Assembly (NCBI GenBank): GCA_045626925.1
Contig: JAZUQZ010000027.1
Coordinates: forward strand, 13,459-77,458
Length of the DNA stretch: 64,000 nt
Source: Candidatus Aphodoplasma sp.
GTDB taxonomy: Bacteria; Bacillota; Clostridia; UBA1381; UMGS1253
Direction of reading: 5' to 3'
Position numbers and translations under genes: made by a program. Position 1 is the first letter of the stretch; every line of letters begins with the position of its first letter. This document shows positions 19,128-27,429 of the stretch, piece by piece. The notes beneath the pieces were generated by a model, which saw only the letters and a list, made by a program, of their open reading frames with translations, searched no databases and was not told the DNA's origin.

Positions 19128-19298
19128 ACCCTCCTGTTTCTTTGATTTTTAATTAAACTATATATTATTATTTTATACCTTTAGCGCACTTTTTGCAATA
19201 TGAAATTGAAATTATGCCCAATTTAAATAAAATTAACTTGTTTTAATAATTATATTATGCTACACTATATTTGTAAAACGAGAGATTGGAGAATGAAT

Positions 19299-19478
19299 AT
19301 GGGAAAAGCAAACTGTGACGATTGTATAAATTATACATATGACGATGATTATGAATGCTATACTTGCCTTATGGACCTTGATGAAGATGAAATGCTACAC
19401 TTTATAAACGGTTCATTTTTTGAGTGTCCATATTACCGCATGGGCGATGATTATACAATAGTAAGAAAGCAAAACTAA
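19299..19478 (+). CDS. Small Cys/Asp-rich protein (DUF6472-like)
   Basis: CDDC..LDEDEM..CPYY..IVRKQ; GGAG RBS. Confidence 0.75.
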   Translation: MGKANCDDCINYTYDDDYECYTCLMDLDEDEMLHFINGSFFECPYYRMGDDYTIVRKQN

Positions 19479-19540
19479 TAAATGCTAAAATATAATTTTA
19501 CGGGCTATCCTTTGATAGCTCTTTTTTATATTTCAAAGGA

Positions 19541-19568
19541 AAATAACCTTATTTGTTTGCATAAATAT
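19541..19568 (+). promoter_or_regulatory. Sigma-E-like mother-cell promoter of cwlD
   Basis: ATA...CATAAATAT upstream of cwlD. Confidence 0.4.
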
Positions 19569-19588
19569 AGAACGGGAGGTGAAAACAC

Positions 19589-20311
19589 TTGATTGTGTTT
19601 TTAAAAAAAAGCAGTGTTTTCTTGCTTTGTATAATTTTTTTATGTGCCATGACTATTGTTGGTCTTGCGCTCGGCACTATATCCGCTCCGACCTCTGAAA
19701 ATGCATCATTTGGCAAAGTTGTTATCATTGATGCCGGTCACGGCGAGCCAGATGGCGGTGCTGTTGGAGGTGATGGCACAAACGAGTCGGGGCTAAATTT
19801 AAAGGTTGCACAAAAGCTTAATAATTTGCTTTTGCAGGCCGATATAAAAACAGTTATGACACGCACAACCGAGCAAGGCATTCACGATGCAGAAGCAAAA
19901 ACTATTGCTCAAATGAAACGCAGTGATATGAAAAAGCGGCGCGAAATACAACAAAGTATGGGGGCAGATATTTTTTGCAGTATACATATGAACCAATTTT
20001 CACAATCAAAATATTATGGTGCCCAGGTCGTTTATGATAGTAAGAACGAAAATTCGAAACCACTTGCAGATTCTATCCAAGCCGCTCTCAAAGAATATGT
20101 AGACCCCACAAACAACCGTCAAGCGATGAAGTCTGACGGAAGCATATACCTTTTAAAAAATGCACCTATTACATCTGTTATTGTCGAATGCGGGTTTTTA
20201 TCAAATCCAGACGAGCTTGAAAATCTTAAGACAGACGAATATCAATCAAAAATTGCGTATGCAATTTTTAAAGGCATAGAAGATTATTATAAATCTATAG
20301 CCTTGCAATAA
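19589..20311 (+). CDS. cwlD: N-acetylmuramoyl-L-alanine amidase (spore cortex)
   Basis: IDAGHG, SIHMN, VECGFLSN; N-terminal TM. Confidence 0.88.
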   Translation: MIVFLKKSSVFLLCIIFLCAMTIVGLALGTISAPTSENASFGKVVIIDAGHGEPDGGAVGGDGTNESGLNLKVAQKLNNLLLQADIKTVMTRTTEQGIHDAEAKTIAQMKRSDMKKRREIQQSMGADIFCSIHMNQFSQSKYYGAQVVYDSKNENSKPLADSIQAALKEYVDPTNNRQAMKSDGSIYLLKNAPITSVIVECGFLSNPDELENLKTDEYQSKIAYAIFKGIEDYYKSIALQ

Positions 20312-20351
20312 TTTTTATAGGAACTTTTTTGTGTGCTTTTTCGTCAATATA

Positions 20352-20450
20352 AGTGTTCGGCATAGAACATTAAAAATAGCAAACTATATTTTATTTCCCC
20401 TAAAAAATCTTCCCCGTTAAAGAGTCTGTCCACACAGGCTCTTTAACATT
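20352..20450 (+). ncRNA. Candidate small regulatory RNA
   Basis: ECF-like promoter GGAACT-N16-CGTC, 5' hairpin, two TTCCCC motifs, 14-bp 3' hairpin; no ORF. Confidence 0.4.
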
Positions 20451-20515
20451 TATATAATGACCTATTGAAAATACGCCATAATATGTGATATAATAAGCGC
20501 AAAAGAGGTGATACG

Positions 20516-21475
20516 GTGAGAACAGTTACAATAGGTGAAAACGATGCAAATCAAAGACTCGATAAATTTATGACAAAATTTTTCGTATCTATGCCCCAAA
20601 GCCTTTTATATAAATATCTGCGCAAAAAGTGTGTGCGTGTAAACGGAAAGCACACAGATGGCAGTTATAAGCTTTCTTGTGGTGATGTTTTATCCTTTTA
20701 CATAAAAGACGAGTTTTTTAATATACCAAATGCAGCAGATTCGTATAAAAACATTACGCCAAATCTTGATATAGTATATGAAGACGAAAACATACTTCTT
20801 GTAAACAAGCCCGAAGGACTTGTGGTACACGACGATGAAACAAATACGCCGAATACACTCATTGCCCATATAAGTGCATATCTTTATAAAAAGGGAGAAT
20901 ACAAGCCCGAAGATGAAAATACTTTTGCGCCTGCTTTGTGCAACCGCCTTGACAGAAATACACAAGGAATTGTTATTGCGGCAAAAAATGCTGAGTCACT
21001 TCGCATATTAAATCAAAAAATTAAAGACCGCGAATTGCACAAATATTACTTGTGTCTTGCTTTTGGAAAATTTGAAAAGAAAAACGACGAACAGAGCGCA
21101 TATCTTTTAAAAGATGAAAACAAAAAACAAGTCAGCATCTTCTCATCCCCAAAACAAGGCGCAAAAGCAATTGTCACAAAATATAAAGTCCTTGACTATC
21201 ACGATGGAATAAGTCTTGTCGAGGTGGAGCTTATAACAGGGCGCACACACCAGATACGCGCGCATCTTGCATATCTTACGCATCCGCTTGTCGGAGATGG
21301 AAAATATGGCAAAAACATTGATAATAAGCGTGTCGGCAGGACTCATCAGGCGCTTTGTGCTTATAAACTGAAATTTGATTTTTCAACAGATGGGGGTATA
21401 CTTTCCTATCTTGATAAAAAGGTATTCAGTATAAAAAATATTGATTTTATAAATGATTTTGGATTTAATGTTTAA
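20516..21475 (+). CDS. RluA/RluC-family pseudouridine synthase with S4 domain
   Basis: QRLDKF, NKPEGL, RLD catalytic motif, TGRTHQIR. Confidence 0.93.
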   Translation: MRTVTIGENDANQRLDKFMTKFFVSMPQSLLYKYLRKKCVRVNGKHTDGSYKLSCGDVLSFYIKDEFFNIPNAADSYKNITPNLDIVYEDENILLVNKPEGLVVHDDETNTPNTLIAHISAYLYKKGEYKPEDENTFAPALCNRLDRNTQGIVIAAKNAESLRILNQKIKDRELHKYYLCLAFGKFEKKNDEQSAYLLKDENKKQVSIFSSPKQGAKAIVTKYKVLDYHDGISLVEVELITGRTHQIRAHLAYLTHPLVGDGKYGKNIDNKRVGRTHQALCAYKLKFDFSTDGGILSYLDKKVFSIKNIDFINDFGFNV

Positions 21476-21479
21476 AATT

Positions 21480-21509
21480 AAAAAATCCGTGCCAACCGGC
21501 ACGGATTTT
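21480..21509. terminator. Bidirectional terminator
   Basis: AAAATCCGTGCC-AACC-GGCACGGATTTT. Confidence 0.8.
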
Positions 21510-21537
21510 GTTATGGCCAAAACCATTTGTTTGATTA

Positions 21538-21972
21538 TTACTCCTCACAATCGCAATCACAATCGCAATCTTCATCACAATCGCAATCACACGAAAAATC
21601 AAGCTCGATTTCCTTGTTGCAGTTTGGACATATAATAGGTGCATCTTCGTCATCAAAGAAATCCTCATCTATGCAAATTATATCGCCACAGTTTGGACAC
21701 TCAATTTCAAAACAGTCCATATCGTCACAATCACAGTCGCAATCTTCATCGTCATAAATAATTTCTTCTACTTCACCCAAATCCTCATCAATAGCATCAA
21801 CCTGCTCACAAAGGTCGTTATGGTCCTCTGCCAAATCGCAAATCGAATCTGCCATTTCATCTAAAACCTCAACAATTTTCTTTAAAAGCTTGCCTTCATC
21901 AGTCTTCTCATTAATATCAAGACCATCAGCATAACCCTTTAAGTACGAAACCTTCTTTATCAATTCCTCCAT
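21538..21972 (-). CDS. CD1247-family protein with zinc ribbon and Asp-Cys repeats
   Basis: VSYLKG..GL N-terminus, two CPNC motifs, (DC)n tracts; downstream of efp. Confidence 0.85.
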   Translation of the reverse strand: MEELIKKVSYLKGYADGLDINEKTDEGKLLKKIVEVLDEMADSICDLAEDHNDLCEQVDAIDEDLGEVEEIIYDDEDCDCDCDDMDCFEIECPNCGDIICIDEDFFDDEDAPIICPNCNKEIELDFSCDCDCDEDCDCDCDCEE

Positions 21973-22065
21973 AATAACACTCCGTTCCGATACAAAACCA
22001 AGTGGCTGTATCTTTTTATTTTTTATGTCGGGATTAAATAAGCTCCCGCAAGGCTATTGTAACCA

Positions 22066-22623
22066 TTAAACGCGTTCCATATACTCCCCTGTACGCGTAT
22101 CCACTCTTATCATATCACCCTGATTTACAAAAAGCGGCACAAATATTGTTGCACCTGTTTCAACAGTTGCCGGCTTTGTAACATTTGTAGCTGTGTCGCC
22201 TTTGACACCCGGCTCTGTTTCAACAATCTCAAGCTCTACAAATGTAGGTGGCTCAACACCAAAAACACTGCCCTTGTATGAAAGAACCTTTACCATCATA
22301 TTTTCTTTTACGAACTTTAACGCATCACCAAGTTGGTCAGCATTAAGCGGCATAAGCTCAAAGCTTTCCTGGTCCATAAAGTAATACAAATCGCCATCAG
22401 AATACGAATACTCCATATCTTTACGATCAATATGAGCCTTTGGCATCTTTTCTGTTGGGCGGAATGTTCTTTCTACAACACCGCCTGTAATAACATTCTT
22501 AAGCTTTGTTCTGACAAAAGCTGCACCCTTGCCCGGCTTAACATGTTGGAACTCTACAACCTGAAATACATTTCCCTCAAGTTCAAAAGTAACACCATTT
22601 CTAAATTCCCCTGCTGATATCAT
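22066..22623 (-). CDS. efp: Elongation factor P
   Basis: [12 protein letters not shown] and PGVKGDT. Confidence 0.98.
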   Translation of the reverse strand: MISAGEFRNGVTFELEGNVFQVVEFQHVKPGKGAAFVRTKLKNVITGGVVERTFRPTEKMPKAHIDRKDMEYSYSDGDLYYFMDQESFELMPLNADQLGDALKFVKENMMVKVLSYKGSVFGVEPPTFVELEIVETEPGVKGDTATNVTKPATVETGATIFVPLFVNQGDMIRVDTRTGEYMERV

Positions 22624-22809
22624 TGGTTTATACCTCCAAATAACTTAATTTCAAAAAAATTACATCTTATAATGCATATAACTTTTCCTTTATATATTGT
22701 ATATGAAAATTCATAAAAACACAAGTCTTTTTTTAATATTGGTTAAAAATTTTTCCTTATACAGAAAATTTTTCTCTTTAAAGAATAAATCATTAGTAGA
22801 AATCAAATT

Positions 22810-23580
22810 CTATTTACCGCTCTTTATTCCCAAAAAATCCTTTTTATACTGCATTGGAAACATGCCCGTTTTTTTCTTAAACACGCGCGAAAAATAGTTG
22901 TAGTTATTAAAGCCGACGCTTTCGGCAAGCTCATAAAAATTCATTTCCCTTAATATCATCTGCTGTTTTGCTGCATCTATGCGCGATGAAATAATATAAT
23001 CCGATATCGTTTTGCCGGTTTCTTTATGAAAAAGCGCGCTGCAATATTGTGGCGCAAGATGGACCAGATTTGCAACCTCTTCTAATGTGATTTTTTCACT
23101 CAAATGCTCATGAATATACTCTTTTATCTGCTTTATATATGGGTTTGCCTGTTCAATTTGTGACTCAATAAGACTATGATATATGTACGAAAAAAGAGAA
23201 ATACACATCTCATTTTTATACACAGTTGTGTTTTGCCACTCTTTATTAAAAAGCGTTAACATATAAACTGTATCAGAAGTTATGCAATTTGGTAAATGAC
23301 CATCAAATTCGGGTACAAATCCATCATCAAGCTTTATATTAAAGCTTGCATAACGGGCACGCTCATCAATTCCTATTCGCTCACGAACCGAACCGGGCGG
23401 GAACAAAATTGCATCACCGGATGAAAGAATTACCTCTTTATCATTATAACGATAAAGCATTTTGCCGGATATCAGACATGTTAAATCCATATACGGTATT
23501 CTATTTCTAATTATATCTTTTGACTGTACATAATCATTTATTGAAAATGATAAAAGCTTTGGATTTAAAGACGAAAACAA
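22810..23580 (-). CDS. AraC-family regulator
   Basis: Cupin N-domain; VGFNNYNYFSRVFKK. Confidence 0.92.
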   Translation of the reverse strand: MFSSLNPKLLSFSINDYVQSKDIIRNRIPYMDLTCLISGKMLYRYNDKEVILSSGDAILFPPGSVRERIGIDERARYASFNIKLDDGFVPEFDGHLPNCITSDTVYMLTLFNKEWQNTTVYKNEMCISLFSYIYHSLIESQIEQANPYIKQIKEYIHEHLSEKITLEEVANLVHLAPQYCSALFHKETGKTISDYIISSRIDAAKQQMILREMNFYELAESVGFNNYNYFSRVFKKKTGMFPMQYKKDFLGIKSGK

Positions 23581-23718
23581 TATATCACATCCTTAAAATA
23601 ATGTAAATTTTTTTGTTTTTTTGTTAATTTAATTCATTTATTTTCAAGCGAAAAAGCAGTACAATTTGTGTATAAGTAATTTTATCAAAAAAAATAAAAA
23701 AAGTCAATATTAAAAGGA

Positions 23719-24480
23719 GTGAAAGAAATGATTAAAGTAGGCGTAGCAGATTATGGCCTTTTTGTATGGGACGGTGAGTTTTATGATTATGAAGACCGCG
23801 TCGATATGGTGCACGCATTAGGCTATGATGGTATTGAAAGACTTCCGGCATCAAATCCGGGTGATGCAATTTCTCGTGCAGCAATGCTTAAGAAAAAGGG
23901 TTTGGGCTTTGGCACATGCAAGAGCACGCTTGTAGAAGAATCTATAAAATGGACGGCGGCACTTGGTGGCGAATATATTTGGGCAGATATTATGAAAACA
24001 CCGGAGTTTGATACTTACTGCAGAAGAGTAAATACTTTGATTGAAACATGTGAAAAGTATCAAATTCGTGTTGGTGTTCACAATCATCTTGAGCAAACAG
24101 TCGAGACCCAAGAGCAGCTTGAAACATTTTTGCAAAGATGTCCAAAAGCAGGCATAATACTTGATACAGGTCATCTTTTTGCAGCAGGCGGCGACCCGGT
24201 TTACATCGCTGAAAAATATTTTGATCGTCTTTGTGCTGTACATATGAAAAATCGTCAGACAAGCGATACTCCGAACGCAGAACATTCGTGGGAACGCGGA
24301 TATTTTTGTGGACTTGCACAGGGTGATATAATAGTTCCAAACAAAGAAGTGCTTGATGTTCTTATTAAAAAGGGATACGATAAATGGGTGTTTATTGAGC
24401 ACGATGAGCACAAACAAGACCCAAAAATTGATTTGAAAAACAGCTATGATAAGCTTGTAGAATGGGGGATTAGAAAATGA
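23719..24480 (+). CDS. Sugar-phosphate isomerase/epimerase (IolE-like TIM barrel)
   Basis: HNH, LDTGH, VHMKN, IEHD. Confidence 0.85.
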   Translation: MKEMIKVGVADYGLFVWDGEFYDYEDRVDMVHALGYDGIERLPASNPGDAISRAAMLKKKGLGFGTCKSTLVEESIKWTAALGGEYIWADIMKTPEFDTYCRRVNTLIETCEKYQIRVGVHNHLEQTVETQEQLETFLQRCPKAGIILDTGHLFAAGGDPVYIAEKYFDRLCAVHMKNRQTSDTPNAEHSWERGYFCGLAQGDIIVPNKEVLDVLIKKGYDKWVFIEHDEHKQDPKIDLKNSYDKLVEWGIRK

Positions 24481-25553
24481 AAAAAATAAAACTTGCAATG
24501 GTAGGCCTTGGAAGAGCCGGCGTTGGTATGCATTTGCCAAATCTTATAGACAAAAACAGACTTGAAGAAAAATATGAAATTGTAGCGGTTTGTGATATTG
24601 AACCAGATCGTTGCGAAGAAATGAAAGAAAAATATGGTTGCAGAGTATATTCAAAAATTGAGGACCTTGTAAAAGATAAAGATATCGATATAATCGACAT
24701 CGCAACTCGTTCGTGTGACCACTTTAAGCATGCAAAGACAGCTCTTGAGGCTGGCTTTACAGTTCATCTTGAAAAGCCGATAACATTAACCGGCGAGCAG
24801 GCAAGGATTCTTTTTGAAATTGCTGAAAGAGATGGCAAAAAAAGATTGTTTATAAATCACAACCGTCGCTTTGAGGAAAGATTTATGCAAATAAGAAGAA
24901 TTATTGACTCGGGCATATTAGGTAATGTATATTATGTAAGACGCGCGACAGGTTCATACGAAAGGCGTTGTGACTGGCAGACACTTAGTCAATATGGTGG
25001 CGGCCAACTTCTAAACTGGGGTCCACATCTTGTTGATCAGGCACTACAATTTTGTGGTGGCTCATATAAATCAATGGATGCAAAGCTTTGTCAGGTTGCT
25101 GCTGCAGGCGATTGTGAAGACTTTGTAAAGGTTGTATTTACAGGCGCAAATGATAGAATTGTTGAAATAGAAATCAGTGGTGCGACAGCGCTTCCAACAC
25201 CAATGTATGTTGTATATGGTTCGAGAGGTACATTGATTGATAAAGGCGCTACATTCACTATGAAATATCTTCCAAAGGATTTTGTAATGCCGGATATCGT
25301 TGCAAGCCCCGACACCCCTGAAGGAGCAAAATTCCATCCACAACCCCCACTTCCGTTTATAACAGAAGATGTAAAGTGGGATGACTATATTCCGCTTGAT
25401 AGGCTTTGGGATTACTTGTATGACGCATATATGCACGGCAAGGAATATCCAATAAAATCCGAAGAAGCTATCAAAGTTGTTGAAACAATTGAAGAAATCA
25501 AAAACAGTACTTCGATTATAAGAACATGTGATAAGATGACAAAAAGTATCTGA
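24477..25553 (+). CDS. Gfo/Idh/MocA oxidoreductase
   Basis: GLGRAG, EKP, HNRRF, GGGQLLNWGPH. Confidence 0.92.
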   Translation: MKKIKLAMVGLGRAGVGMHLPNLIDKNRLEEKYEIVAVCDIEPDRCEEMKEKYGCRVYSKIEDLVKDKDIDIIDIATRSCDHFKHAKTALEAGFTVHLEKPITLTGEQARILFEIAERDGKKRLFINHNRRFEERFMQIRRIIDSGILGNVYYVRRATGSYERRCDWQTLSQYGGGQLLNWGPHLVDQALQFCGGSYKSMDAKLCQVAAAGDCEDFVKVVFTGANDRIVEIEISGATALPTPMYVVYGSRGTLIDKGATFTMKYLPKDFVMPDIVASPDTPEGAKFHPQPPLPFITEDVKWDDYIPLDRLWDYLYDAYMHGKEYPIKSEEAIKVVETIEEIKNSTSIIRTCDKMTKSI

Positions 25554-25607
25554 TTACATAAGGAAGCATAGTCTTTGAAGTCGTATTTTTAAAGGTTGAC
25601 ACTTTAC

Positions 25608-25647
25608 AAAAAGGTCCGTAATACCAGTGTATTACGGACCTTTTTTA
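25608..25647. terminator. Bidirectional terminator
   Basis: AAAAAGGTCCGTAATAC-CAGT-GTATTACGGACCTTTTTT. Confidence 0.8.
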
Positions 25648-25658
25648 TTTGTATTTAA

Positions 25659-25829
25659 TTACATTTTTGATAAATCAATTCCTGTTTTTGGGAACCACTC
25701 CAAAAATGGTCCTACATTATCACAGAAAAACCCCTCGGGCCAATTTCCCTTTTTATAAATTTCCATACATGTATCAACAAATTCCTTTGATGATATCATT
25801 AAAAGCTCAGCGTCACCTATTTTAATCAT
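25659..25829 (-). CDS. Small hypothetical protein (56 aa)
   Basis: AAGGAG RBS before ATG; ends at the shared terminator. Confidence 0.55.
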   Translation of the reverse strand: MIKIGDAELLMISSKEFVDTCMEIYKKGNWPEGFFCDNVGPFLEWFPKTGIDLSKM

Positions 25830-26070
25830 TAAAAACACTCCTTTTGGAATTATCATACTACTCTAATTATAAATAAAATCTGTTTTTATGCATTTAGAAA
25901 ATTTGCTCATTCTTTTGTATAAAATTGACTTATTTAATTTTAGTGATAGTTATTTACTTGAATTAACAATTTTTATATGATAAAATGATATTAAACGGAG
26001 AAGATTCTGATATGAAATTGCCTGTTAAGGACGGTTAGAAAAATTTTTATAATTGAAAGGAAATGATATT

Positions 26071-26472
26071 ATGAGAATTGCAGTAACTTATGAAAACGGA
26101 GAAATATTCCAACATTTTGGACACACAGAGCAGTTTAAGATTTATGACATTGAAAATAATGAGGTTAAAAATGAAACGCTCATAAATACAAACGGCAGTG
26201 GACATGGTGCACTCGCCGGTATGCTTTTTGCTAATAAGGTTGATGTTTTAATTTGCGGTGGCATTGGCGGAGGTGCACAAATGGCACTTGCTGAAAACAA
26301 CATCATATTATATGGTGGCGCAACAGGCAATGCTGATGAAGCAGTAAAAGCACTTCTTGATGGAAGGTTAGACTTTAATCCTTGTGTTCATTGTGACCAT
26401 CACGACCACGAGCACGACGAAGGTTCTCATACCTGCGGCGAGCATGGCTGTGGAAAGCATAGCTGTCATTAA
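26071..26472 (+). CDS. NifB/NifX-like (FeMo-co domain) protein with His-rich tail
   Basis: IFQHFG, ICGGIGGGA, HDHEHDE..CGEHGC. Confidence 0.88.
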   Translation: MRIAVTYENGEIFQHFGHTEQFKIYDIENNEVKNETLINTNGSGHGALAGMLFANKVDVLICGGIGGGAQMALAENNIILYGGATGNADEAVKALLDGRLDFNPCVHCDHHDHEHDEGSHTCGEHGCGKHSCH

Positions 26473-26552
26473 GGCTATTTATATGTATAAACAAATGTGT
26501 TTATAAAAGCGTTCTTAATAAAAAATAACGGAAAGGAAAATAAGGTGAAAAA

Positions 26553-27212
26553 ATGAGAAAATTCAAGTGTTTAGTATGTGGTCAGGAATTTGAAACATCT
26601 GACGGAGTTGAACCAATTTGCCCGTTATGTAAGGCAAAAGGAGATAAACTACAAGAAATTAAGGAGGAAACAAAAATGAGTAAGTATGCAGGAACACAAA
26701 CAGAGAAAAATTTGGAGGCGGCTTTTGCTGGCGAATCACAGGCAAGAAACAAATATACATATTTTGCATCTAAAGCAAAAAAGGAAGGCTATGAACAGAT
26801 AGCCGCTCTTTTCCAAAAGACTGCCGATAACGAAAAGGAACACGCGAAAATGTGGTTTAAAGAACTAAATGGTATCGGCGATACTGCTGAAAATCTTCTT
26901 CACGCAGCTGAAGGCGAAAACTACGAATGGACAGATATGTATGACGGCTTTGCAAAAACTGCTGAAGAGGAAGGCTTTACAGAGCTTGCCGCTAAATTTA
27001 GATTAGTTGCAGAAATCGAAAAGCATCACGAAGAAAGATACAGAGCGCTTCTTAAAAATGTTGAAACAAAAGCAGTATTTGAAAAGAGCGAAGTTAAGGT
27101 TTGGGAATGCAGAAACTGTGGTCATATTGTGGTTGGCACAAATGCACCCCAGATTTGCCCAACTTGTGCACATCCTCAAAGCTACTTTGAAATCCACTGT
27201 GAGAATTATTAA
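26553..27212 (+). CDS. rbr: Rubrerythrin with extra N-terminal rubredoxin-like domain
   Basis: AFAGESQA, ExxH x2, C-terminal CRNC..CPTC; N-terminal CLVC..CPLC. Confidence 0.93.
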   Translation: MRKFKCLVCGQEFETSDGVEPICPLCKAKGDKLQEIKEETKMSKYAGTQTEKNLEAAFAGESQARNKYTYFASKAKKEGYEQIAALFQKTADNEKEHAKMWFKELNGIGDTAENLLHAAEGENYEWTDMYDGFAKTAEEEGFTELAAKFRLVAEIEKHHEERYRALLKNVETKAVFEKSEVKVWECRNCGHIVVGTNAPQICPTCAHPQSYFEIHCENY

Positions 27213-27429
27213 AAACAATCTATCAAAATTTGATATGCTGTAATGCGACCAAAAAAGGCGGAAATGAAATCGGAGTAAAATTCAATATCATCTCCGCTTT
27301 ATTTGTCGATAAACGAAAGTAATAGCTGCATTTTTATCACAAAGGCTTTTTGCGTTCCTTATTAAGCTTATAATAATTTTATAATGCAAAAAGTTAAAAG
27401 TTGTGTTATAATAGTAAAAAAGGAGGTTT

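Noticed and set aside
21527-21757. Plus-strand SQSQSQ-repeat ORF
   Set aside because: Antisense shadow of the Asp-Cys repeats of the CD1247 gene.
26011-26037. Mini-ORF MKLPVKDG with GGAG RBS before the NifX-like gene
   Set aside because: Too short, with no attenuator structure or informative codons.
27230-27360. Riboswitch-like structure between rbr and copA
   Set aside because: Only an imperfect hairpin (AAGGCGGA...TCCGCTTT), explainable as a terminator; no aptamer consensus.
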